A stretch of DNA of 64,000 bases, from contig MCFH01000053.1 in NCBI GenBank assembly GCA_002104945.1, forward strand, positions 62,001 to 126,000, read 5' to 3'. This stretch comes from Piromyces finnis finn. Taxonomy: Eukaryota > Fungi > Neocallimastigomycota. Position numbers and translations under genes: made by a program. Positions 37,900-49,858 of the stretch are shown here, one piece after another (the first letter of the stretch is position 1; every line of letters starts with the position of its first letter). The notes beneath the pieces are model-generated. The model searched no databases. It was given only the letters and a program-made list of their open reading frames with translations, and was not told the origin of the DNA.

Positions 37900-38378
37900 A
37901 ATATTAATAAATATAAAATGATCAATTAAATATATATGTTTTTATTATTATTTAAGCTTGTAAGCTTGTTAAAATTAAAATTGCCATCAATCCTTATTAT
38001 TGGTATTATTTTTACTAAATAAATAACATTACTATTATATATTTATTTGAATATCAGTAAAGTATTTTTATAAATAATCTTTGTATTTTTACCACTATTG
38101 TTATTAAAATTATTAAGCTATTATTATTAGAATTCAATTCTGTATTAGAATTTCTTATCTTTTTGGCATTGACACCATCAGTAACGATTAGTCTAATAAT
38201 GTACAAATCGATTATTGTGTAAAAGTCTCAAATCACAACAAAAATAACATTAGTAAGGAATTTCGCAAACCCTATAGCATAATAATACAGTAATGAAGAA
38301 TCTCGAAAAGGTGAATGAAAAATATTTAATTAACCCACAACTTAATGTTTAAAATATCATTTCTGCTGAGAAGGATAC
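37900..38378 (-). mobile_element. Possible very old LINE 3' relic (third family)
   Basis: Minus-strand fragment YAIGFAKFLTNVIFVV resembles the LINE C-terminal motif of the neighbours (YVEGLAAFLTKTIPII; FLTVTAELLTKIMPF). Stops present; boundaries uncertain. Confidence 0.3.
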
Positions 38379-38380
38379 AC

Positions 38381-38443
38381 TTTTTTTTTAGACTAGGAAG
38401 AGAATACTTTTTCTTTTATTAATTTATTAATTTATTAATTAAT

Positions 38444-38534
<91 letters not shown>

Positions 38535-39659
38535 TTTGTGATTTTACAATATAATATGTGATAATACATATTGATATAATAAGAATAAATAAGGATAATA
38601 AAATATAAATAAAAAAAATAAAATAAAATAATTATATAAGTTGCATAAAAGTTTAATGAACCTTGCAATTTATACTGTGTAGGATTGGCAACCTAATAAA
38701 TTAAATGAAATAAAAAAGAGAAATAACATTAAGTATGATAGTATGGTTTCCGCTAAACTCTCCCATAAACTTATAATGTTTTCATTCAAAGAAATACTAA
38801 CGTTGAGCCCTGTGTACGGAATGTTCCTTTGCCATATCGATACGACGTCGGCGCTCTTGATTACGTTATATTTCTTACTAAACCTATCAAAAAGTAGCTT
38901 CATTGAGCTACTAATGATAGGGATTGTTTTAGTAAGAAAAGCCGCGAGACCCTCTACATATGGAAAATAAGACCCCAATGAACTGTAAAGCTGTTCATTC
39001 AAATGTATTTGTTTCGCCTTATCGATTTGTAGCTCATCATAAGCTAAAGTTCCACCAAGAAGGAACGTAAAAATTTAGTTATAAACTGTTTTTCTTACTT
39101 CCACTTCAGGAAGTAAATGATAAATTGATTTTTGCATTTATTGTGAAAAAGGGTAAAAGAATCATCAAGAAAGCTAAGTGAAGAAGTTCTGTATTCAGAG
39201 AATGCAAAACATTCTAAAATCCAATGATATAAAGATTGTTCGTCATATCCACAACATGGACAGACACGAGGGCAGTCAGATGTAACTCTATTACTGACAA
39301 TAGCAATTCTGATAGTATTTTCATAACCACATCGAATACGAATAATTCAAGTAATTCCTAAATTTAAGTGAGGTTTGTCGAGGCCGATATGCATTAGGCG
39401 ATTTGAATTAAGGAATTTTTTGTTAGTATATATGAGAACTTTTTTTATTATTTAGACTATTATTATTCCAATGGTGTTCTCTAATATCTTTAGTATTTAT
39501 TTTCATATGTTTCTTACGTAGTGAACAAGATTCTTTGGCCCAAGGGTAATGAGACATTGGAGGGATAGATCAGACGAGATCTTTAATAATACAGTTTGAT
39601 TTTCTTCATTTAACAAAGTAATTTCACTTGTTGCGCAGCACAAATACCTGAAAGAGTTG
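38381..39659 (-). mobile_element. Degenerate LINE 3' portion, second (older) family
   Basis: Minus strand gives PTLSGICAAQQVK..., IIRIRCGYENTIRIA, DCPRVCPCCGYDEQSLYHWILEC (CCHC), IFTFLLGG and YVEGLAAFLTKTIPII, colinear with the C-terminus of the intact LINE ORF. Multiple stops. 3' end CTAGTCT(A)9. Confidence 0.85.
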
Positions 39660-41459
39660 TTTTTTTTTTAACGGCATCAAATATTTTTAAACTTTATTAC
39701 TAATTTAATTAAAATTATAATACAAGTTATAAAAAACAAAATTAAAAATAAAAATAAAAATTATAAAAAAAAATATGCTTAAATAAATACAAATGAATAA
39801 AAATAGTGTATAATGTATTCTAGCAACTTTAATTAAAGTAGGAGGCCTACTACTACACTAAAGTATAATTGTATTTGACTTCTAATGGGACACCGAGCCA
39901 AGGATCAAAATTTTATCATGGGACAAAATTATGATCTCATTGGTCGAGCTGGCCCTCCTGGCTTGTCTTACTGTTTCTTCAGCATCGACGCTCTTGGATA
40001 CCTTTTGAACATTGACCATTACTTGACAATAACAAAAGGCATGATTTTGGTTAGATTTTTTTTTTTTTTTTTTTTTTAACGGCATCAAATATTTTAAACT
40101 TTATTATTAATTTAATTAAAATTATAATACATGTAATATAAAAAATTAAAAATAAAAATAAAAATAAAAATAAAAATAAAAATAAAAATAAAAATAAAAA
40201 TAAAAATAAAAATAAAAATAAAAATAAAAATATGTTTAAATAAACACAAATGAATAAAAATTGGGTATAATGTATTCTAGTAATTTTAATTAAAGTAAGA
40301 AAGCCACTATTATACTAAAGTATAATAATTGTATTTGACTTCCAATGGGACACCGAGCCAAGGATCAAAATTTTATCATGGGACAAAATTATGATCTCCA
40401 TTGGTTGCGCTGGCCCTCCTGGCCTGTCTTACTGTTTCTTCAGCATTGACGCTCTTGGATGTTGCTTCAAACCTTTTGAACATTGACCATTGCTGGCCAA
40501 TAGCAAAAGGCATGATTTTGGTTAGAAGTTCCGCGGTTACCGTCAAGAATGGTGTTCCTTCATTAGTACCAGATTGAATCTGACACTTGCAAAGTTCTTT
40601 CCATTCCCTTGAATTGTAATTGATAATGTTAAAACTTCTTCCCCCAAGAAGGAATTTAAATATTTTACTGCACACGCTAGAATAATCATACACATTAATA
40701 TTCACCGGATTATTAGAACTATTACTATCATTAACTAAATTACTATCTAAATTAGAATTATTATCTTCACTATTGCTATCATTACTAATATTATTATTTC
40801 TATTACTACTATTGTTATTATTACTATTTCTATTACTACTATTGTTATTATTACTATTGTTACTATTACTATTGTTATTACTACTATTGTTACTATTACT
40901 ATTAATGTTATTGCTATCTCTACTGATATTAACATTTTCATTATTATTGATAGGACTATTGGAATTACGTTGACTGAAAAAATTTAGTAGCTGGACTATG
41001 GAATCACAATGTTTAATACGGATATCTCTAAATATTGGACAATCTAATAACCAATGTTTAATACTTTGAACACCACACTTGCAACATGGACAGTAGTTAG
41101 GACAAACTCTGCTGATTACTTGTGAGTTAAGTACTAGTTTTTTGAAAGGAATAAGAATATTAGGATTTCTTAAGAATTTACTGACTGAGAATAGTCCTTT
41201 CAAAACCTTGTTATTAAGAGCTTTAATTACTGGTTTAAGGGACAAATTCTTATCAAATGGAACACCAAGATAAGTGTAGCAGTCAGTAGTTGGAATGGGT
41301 TGTCCTGCTAAGTAAAATGTTGAATCTCTCTTGTTCTGATTTTCTATTGATTCAGGACGAATCACCATTATCGTTGAACATTTCTGGATACCAAATTCCA
41401 TTTCATTATACAATGCCCATTCATTAACTCTTCTAAGCATCTTTTTTAAGGATCCTCTT

Positions 41460-41460
<1 letters not shown>

Positions 41461-41502
<42 letters not shown>

Positions 41503-44500
41503 GGCATCAAATATTTTAAACTTTATTATTAATTTAATTAAAATTATAATACATGTAATAAAAAATTAAAAAATAAAAATAAAAATAAAAAAAATATGTT
41601 TAAATAAACACAAATGAATAAAATTTGGGTATAATGTATTCTAGTAATTTTAATTAAAGTAAGAAAGCCACTATCATACTAAAGTATAATAATTGTATTT
41701 GACTTCCAATGGGACACCGAGCCAAAGATCAAAATTTTGTCATGGAACAAAATTATGATCTCCATTGGTTGCGCTGGCCCTCCTGGCCTGTCTTACTGTT
41801 TCTTCAGCATTGACGCTCTTGGATGTTGCTTCAAACCTTTTGAACATTGACCATTGCTGGCCAATAGCAAAAGGCATGATTTTGGTTAGAAGTTCCGCGG
41901 TTACCGTCAAGAATGGTGTTCCTTCGTTAGTATCAGATTGAATCTGACGCTTACAAAGTTCTTTCCATTCCCTTGAATTGTAATTAATATTGTTAAAACT
42001 TCTTCCCCCAAGAAGGAATTTAAATATTTTACTGCACACACTAGAATAATCATACACATTAATATTCACCGGATTATTAGAACTTTTACTATCATTAACT
42101 AAATTACTATCTAAATTAGAATTATTATCTTCACTATTGCTATCATTACTAATATTATTATTTCTATTATTGTTATTATTACTATTGTTACTATTACTAT
42201 TGTTACTATTACTATTGTTATTACTACTATTGTTACTATTACTATTAATGTTATTACTATCTCTACTGATATTATCAATTTCATTATTATTGATAGGACT
42301 ATTGGAATTACGTTGACTGAAAAAATTTAATAGCTGGACTATGGAATCATAATGTTTAATACGGATATCTCTAAATGTTGGACAATCAATAACCAATGTT
42401 TAATACTTTGATCTCCACACTTGCAACATGGACAGTAGTTAGGACAAACTGGATCAACAAATTTGGCAGCTTTGGCAACTCTAGCATCCAACTTGTATCC
42501 GCTTCTTGCTTTCAATAGCCAGTAGAAGCCATAGGCAAACTCTGGGTATTCATAACATAATTTAATAAAATCTTTAGTTTCAATAAATTTATTATCATCA
42601 TAATATTGCGCTTTGATTGAATTCCCTTTGAGATCTTTCCAATAAAAGTTTTTAACTGCTTTAACATCTCCATGTTTCTTTAATTTTTTATCAAGTGTCC
42701 TACTTGATTTGCACCACGTGTATTTTCTAAATTTAGGAATGTAATTGACAAGGTGTGAGATAATACAATTTGAGTTTTTCCATTTGTTAAAACATCTAAC
42801 CTGAGCTAACGCACATTTGGCTGACAATGGAGGAATATTCAAATCTTTTGAAATAGAGTATAAAGATATAAACGATACAGCTTTATGAACTCCGGCAACC
42901 CATCGTATTCCTTTGTTAACATGCTTCTGAGCAATCCTAGACCTAGCTTTGTTGGATCCAAGTAATGGTGCAAAGTATGAAACTCTGCTAATCACTTGTG
43001 AGTTAAGTACTAGCTTTTTGAAGGGAATAGGAATATTAGGATTTCTTAAGAATTTACTGACTGAGAAAAGCCCTTTCAAAACCTTGTTATTAAGAGCTTT
43101 AATTACTGGTTTAAGGGACAGATTCTTATCAAATGGAACACCAAGATAAGTATAACAATCAGTAGTTGGAATGGGTTGTCCTGCTAAGTAAAATGTTGGA
43201 TCTCTCTTGTTCTGATTTTCTATTGATTCAGGACGAATCACCATCGTTGAACATTTCTGGATACCAAATTCCATTTCATTATACAATTCCCATTCATTAA
43301 CTCTTCTAAGCATCTTTTTTAAGCATCCTCTTGTTGGAGCACAAATAACTATATCATCTGCAAAAAGTCCACCACAGCATCGAGTGTCATCTAAACTGAC
43401 TCCTAGATCTTCGCACTCTCTAAATATATCATTAATAAAGAGATTAAAGAGAATAGGAGAAAGAGGGCAACCTTGACGGACTCCTTTCTTCACATCAAAA
43501 GATTTCGAGAATTGTCCATCTAATTTGACATTAGCCTTAGATGTTAAATATAAATTTTTGATAAATTGTAGACTCTTACCTCGGATTCCTAAACAATCTA
43601 ATTTATGGAGAATATTACCGATTGGGACTGAATCGTATGCTTTCCTGAGATCTAAAAAGGCCAAATATGTCTCTTTATTATCTAATTGACGTCTACGGCA
43701 TATTTCTTGGATTGAAATGAAAAGACTAATACTTTCTTCCTTTTTTCGAAAACCAAATTGTTCAGGTCTAATGAAATTATTCTTTAAACCATATTCTGAG
43801 ATTCTAGTGGTGACAATTTTGGAAATCAACTTAATACCATTATTGATAAGTGATATACCTCGATAGTTATCACAATCTGTCAAATCTCCCTTCTTAGGAA
43901 TAGAAACAATACTGGATTCATTCCATGAGTTGGGGAAATCTCCATCCCAAATACGGTTGAATAATTTAAGAATAAAATTTAAACCATGAGCATCATTATC
44001 TGAAGTAGTATTACCAGAAGAATTATTATCTGTAGCATTATTAGAATCATTACTTGATGGAACTAATGCTTTGTAAAATTCAATTGGAATACCATCCGGA
44101 CCTGATGCTTTATAATTTGGAGTAGTGAGGATAGCTGACTTGACTTCATCAATACTAATATCTTGGTTGATATCCCACTCATCAAGCATAGGAAGTGAAA
44201 AACGTTTATTCGTTGGTTCTTCATACCAATGCTCCAAATCAAGACTTACACCACTTGGGTCTGATGCAAGATTTTCGAAATGATCATGCCACACATCTAG
44301 TTGTTCTTCCGTAGCAACAACTAATTCTCCATTTTTATTTTTAATTGGTTGAGCAATAAAGAAAGAATCTTTTCCAATTTTTGCAGTTTTCTTGATCCAT
44401 TTCCAGGCCTTCTTAGGATTATGACTCTTCATATACTCACATCCTGTTTTAATCCAATGAAGATATTCTTGCTTCCTAAATTCATTACATCTTTTGTGGA

Positions 44501-47271
44501 TGTAATCAATGAGTTTACGGTAGATTTTAATTCTTTTAATAAATTCATCTATATCATAAATTCTTTCTTTTTTAAATCTCTTATACAACTTCATTTTGAT
44601 TTTTTGAAGATTAAAAATTTGTTGTGAAATATGAAATGAAGACTTTATAACATTATTTGCTGAAGTAATACTGAGCTCGTCTGCAATTGAAAAAGCAGTT
44701 GAAGTAAACTCTTTGGAAAGTTCATCTGTAGAAACATTAGGATCGTTGGATTTTGCTGAAAGTATTTGGAATTTATTATGACTGAGAATAGATTCCTTTT
44801 CCTCAATACATTTTAATCTATTCCATTTCAGAATTTTCTTAGGAACATTAAAGTCATTAGAAAAATCTTCCATAGGAATAATTTTACCATTAATAAGAAG
44901 TGGCTTATGGTCTGATACAGGATAAAAATTATTTATAAATGATCCTGAGTGAATAAGATCTTTCATCTTCGAATTGATAAGAGCATGGTCAATGTCGGAA
45001 GATTGATCACCTCGAGTCCAAGAGATAGTAGACCCTCTAAGCGGAAGAATTTCCCAATCTCCTAATCCATTAGTTGATAACCAGTTGGATAATTTTACTT
45101 TAGACATATTAAAATCACCAACAAGAATCGATGGATGGGATGAATGAGTTTGTAACCACAAGCGAACTTCTCACTTTGCATGATCAACATAGATGTTGTG
45201 ATGACTATGAGGCATATAAACATTTCCAATCGAGCATTTGAATCTATTCCAGAGACTAAAAGTATAAATAGAAATAATATACTTTCCAGAGAAGTTTTCA
45301 AGTGAGGCTTGACACGAATTGTGAAAACCTAAATATAAACCTCTCATTCCCGGAACTGATTCGTCAGCTTTCTTGAAAAAGTGTCTATAGTTTCGCAAAG
45401 TAACACGACAAGGATAATCTGTATTCGATCCAGAACCATTACCAGTTTCTTGGAAACATAAAAATAATGGTTTGAAAATAGCTGTGAAATAGCTAATACT
45501 ATCTCTCTTTTCGTGATTCCACCCATTGGTGTTCCAACTAAGACAAAAAGAAAAGTTATCAGGCTTGTTGGATGAGGAAGAATCGTTGCTATTATTATTA
45601 TTATTAAAGTCATCGTTATTAATGGATGATGCATCAGAGGAATAAGTAGAACTATTACTAGATGGCTGTGAAACTGAAGAACTATCAACTATTGAACTGT
45701 TATCAGAGTTGATAGAGCTATTAGAATTAATTGTTGAATGTTGAGATTGAAATTGTGTTTGCTGTAGATCTGGAATATTTTCATGATTGGAAACTTGTTG
45801 AAGATCTTGTTGAAGATCTAGTTGAAGATCGGATTGTTGATGAGATTGTTGAACTGATTGTTGAAATGATTGTTGAATAGAATGTTGGTGTTTATTAGAA
45901 ACTAAAATTTTACGTTTGAGAGTGGAAAAAGTGTATTTGTGATTCCTTCTACTACGAGCTGAAAAGGAAATTGAGGTAACTGAAAGTTTCTTCTTTAACA
46001 TGTGTAAGATTTTAATACAATCTTTCGATGAACCATGAACCTTGACTAAGAAAAAGTGATCATTGAAAGTCTGAAAATATTTAACACTAATAACTGAATT
46101 AAATTTATCTTCTAGAATAACCTCGAGTTTTTCCCATAGCATATTTACTGACCATGATCGAATACCACGGATAAAGAAGGAGCGAATATCATCTAAGGGG
46201 ATACCATAAGACCGGGTACCACGTCTGATATAATTCTTGTCTTTAATATAAAGGACTGACATGATAATAAATTCTAATTAAAAATATTGAATATAAAATA
46301 AATACTAATAAAAATTATAAATATAACGTATATGGAAAAAAAAATCTGTCTCTCTCTCTCTTCTTAAAAGTACTGGATAGTACAAAAATTGTTACGATGC
46401 TTTGTTTAAAGTTTCTTTTTTTGAATTCTAGTTGTAAATTTTCTTTAAAAATTCTAGTTTTGGTTTGTTGTTAGTAAATTCGAATCGCTTTTTGACACTA
46501 AACTTGTTTGACTTTACTTTTCATTAAATATTTAAATTGGTAAAAAATTTGAATCAAGAATGTCGACACCAGAAAGCTTGTGAATAGTATTTTTACATGA
46601 TGTAGAGTGAATCAGTCTCTTACAAGAAACAATACAACAATAGCTACATGAATATAAAAATACAATGCAAATGCTAAAGTTGACTACATTGGATTCTTAC
46701 AAGAGAAGAGTAGTACTACATGAATACATGAATAAAAGAAAAAATACAGCAACAAAATGTATTACTCTTCTAATTAAATACTATACAAACTTACCTGAAT
46801 ATCAAACATTCAACTTATTCATCAAATACTTAATTCGATGAATAAAATGTTTTTTAATCGCTCAGTACCATGAGCTTAGTCCTAATAATTTTCCCTTAAA
46901 GACTAACCAAGCATCCATTGCGCAATGCTTGGATTTAATTCTTCCTACTCTCTCAGTACCATGAGCATGAGTAGACCCCCTTGAGAAACTACATTTATTA
47001 AATAAAATGAAGGCACGTTTCCAAGAGGGCACCAAGCATCCATTGCGCAATACTTGGATTTAATTCTTTCTACTCTCTCAGTACCATGAGCATGAGTAGA
47101 CCCCCTTGAGAAACTACATTTATTAAATAAATGAAGGCACGTTCCCAAGAGGGAAATAGAAATAATATACTTTCCAGAGAAGTTTTCAAGTGAGGCTTGA
47201 CACGAATTGTGAAAACCTAAATATAAACCTCTCATTCCTGGAACTGATTCGTCAGCTTTCTTGAAAAAGTG
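41461..47271 (-). mobile_element. LINE copy C, full length but inactivated, inserted in B
   Basis: TSD AGGATCCTCTTG (41449-41460 and 47272-47283). Near-identical to copy E, but has a TTA>TGA stop at about 45171-45173 and a 1-nt deletion near 42388. 5' UTR and repeats run to 47153, followed by 118 bp of extra EN-derived sequence. Confidence 0.92.
46907..47153 (-). repeat. Two ~124-bp hairpin-rich tandem units at the 5' end of LINE copy C
   Basis: Units start CCAAGCATCC at 46907 and 47032. Inverted repeats CCAAGCAT/ATGCTTGG, CTACTC/GAGTAG, CTCA/TGAG, CATTTATT/AATAAATG, CCCCTTGAGA/TCCCAAGAGGG. Confidence 0.9.
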
Positions 47272-47342
47272 AGGATCCTCTTGTTGGAGCACAAATAACT
47301 ATATCATCTGCAAAAAGTCCACCACAGCATCGAGTGTCACCT

Positions 47343-47402
<60 letters not shown>

Positions 47403-49589
47403 GGCATCAAATATTTTAAACTTTATTATTAATTTAATTAAAATTATAATACATGTAATAAAAAATTAAAAATAAAAATAAAAATAAAAAAAATATGTTT
47501 AAATAAACACAAATGAATAAAAATTGGGTATAATGTATTCTAGTAATTTTAATTAAAGTAAGAAAGCCACTATTATACTAAAGTATAATAATTGTATTTG
47601 ACTTCCAATGGGACACCGAGCCAAAAATCAAAATTTTGTCATGGAACAAAATTATGATCTCCATTGGTTGCGCTGGCCCTCCTGGCCTGTCTTACTGTTT
47701 CTTCAGCATTGACGCTCTTGGATGTTGCTTCAAACCTTTTGAACATTGACCATTGCTGACCAATAGCAAAAGGCATGATTTTGGTTAGAAGTTCCGCGGT
47801 TACCATCAAGAATGGTGTTCCTTCGTTAGTACCAGATTGAATCTGACGCTTACAAAGTTCTTTCCATTCCCTTGAATTGTAATTAATATTGTTAAAACTT
47901 CTTCCCCCAAGAAGGAATTTAAATATTTTACTGCACACACTAGAATAATCATACACATTAATATTCACCGGATTATTAGAACTATTACTATCATCAACTA
48001 AATTACTATCTAAATTAGAATTATTATCATCACTATTGCTATCATTACTAATATTATTATTTCTATTATTGTTATTATTACTATTGTTATTATTAATATT
48101 ATTACTATTACTATTACTGTTATTGCTATCTCTGCTGATATTAACACATTCATTATTATTGATAGGACTATTGGAATTACGTTGACTGAAAAAATTTAAT
48201 AGATGGACTATAGAATCATAATGTTTAATACGGATATCTCTAAATGTTGGACAATCTAATAACCAATGTTTAATACTTTGATCTCCACACTTGCAACATG
48301 GACAGTAGTTAGGACAAACTGGATCAACAAATTTAGCAGCTTTGGCAACTCTAGCATCCAACTTGTATCCGCTTCTTGCTTTCAATAGCCAGTAGAAGCC
48401 ATAGGCAAACTCTGGGTACTCATAACATAATTTAATAAAATCTTTAGTTTCAATAAATTTATTATCATCATAATATTGCGCTTTGATTGAATTCCCTTTG
48501 AGATCTTTCCAATAAAAGTTTTTAACTGCTTTAACATCTCCATGTTTCTTTAGTTTTTTATCAAGTGTCCTACTTGATTTGCACCACGTGTATTTTCTAA
48601 ATTTAGGAATGTAATTGACAAGGTGTGAGATAATACAATTTGAGTTTTTCCATTTGTTAAAACATCTAACCTGAGCTAACGCACATTTGGCTGACAATGG
48701 AGGAATATTCAAATCTTTTGAGATAGAGTATAAAGATATAAACGATACAGCTTTATGAACTCCGGCAACCCATCGTATTCCTTTGTTAACATGCTTCTGA
48801 GCAATCCTAGACCTAGCTTTGTTGGATCCAAGTAATGGTGCAAAGTATGAAACTCTGCTAATCACTTGTGAGTTAAGTACTAGTTTTTTGAAAGGAATAG
48901 GAATATTAGGATTTCTTAAGAATTTACTGACTGAGAAAAGTCCTTTCAAAACCTTGTTATTAAGAACTTTAATTACTGGTTTAAGGGACAAATTCTTATC
49001 AAATGGAACACCAAGATAAGTGTAGCAGTCAGTAGTTGGAATGGGTTGTCCTGCTAAGTAAAATGTTGGATCTCTCTTGTTCTGATTTTCTATTGATTCA
49101 GGACGAATCACCATCGTTGAACATTTCTGGATACCAAATTCCATTTCATTATACAAGGCCCATTCATTAACTCTTCTAAGCATCTTTTTTAAGCATCCTC
49201 TTGTTGGAGCACAAATAACTATATCATCTGCAAAAAGTCCACCACAGCATCGAGTGTCACCTAAACTGACTCCGAGATCTTCACACTCTTTAAATATATC
49301 ATTAATAAAGAGATTAAAAAGAATAGGAGAAAGTGGGCAACCTTGACGGACTCCTTTCTTCACATCAAAAGATTTCGAGAATTGTCCATCTAATTTGACA
49401 TTAGCCTTAGATGTTAAATATAAATTTTTGATAAATTGTAAACTCTTACCTCGGATTCCTAAACAATCTAATTTATGGAGAATATTACCGATAGGGACTG
49501 AATCGTATGCTTTCCTGAGATCTAAAAAGGCCAAATATGTCTCTTTATTATCTAATTGACGTCTACGGCATATTTCTTGGATTGAAATG

Positions 49590-49623
<34 letters not shown>

Positions 49624-49858
49624 GGCATCAAATATTTTAAACTTTATTATTAATTTAATTAAAATTATAATACATGTAATATAAAAATTAAAATAAAATA
49701 AAAATAAAAAAAATATGTTTAAATAAACACAAATGAATAAAAATTGGGTATAATGTATTCTAGTAATTTTAATTAAAGTAAGAAAGCCACTATCATACTA
49801 AAGTATAATAATTGTATTTGACTTCCAATGGGACACCGAGCCAAAGATCAAAATTTTG

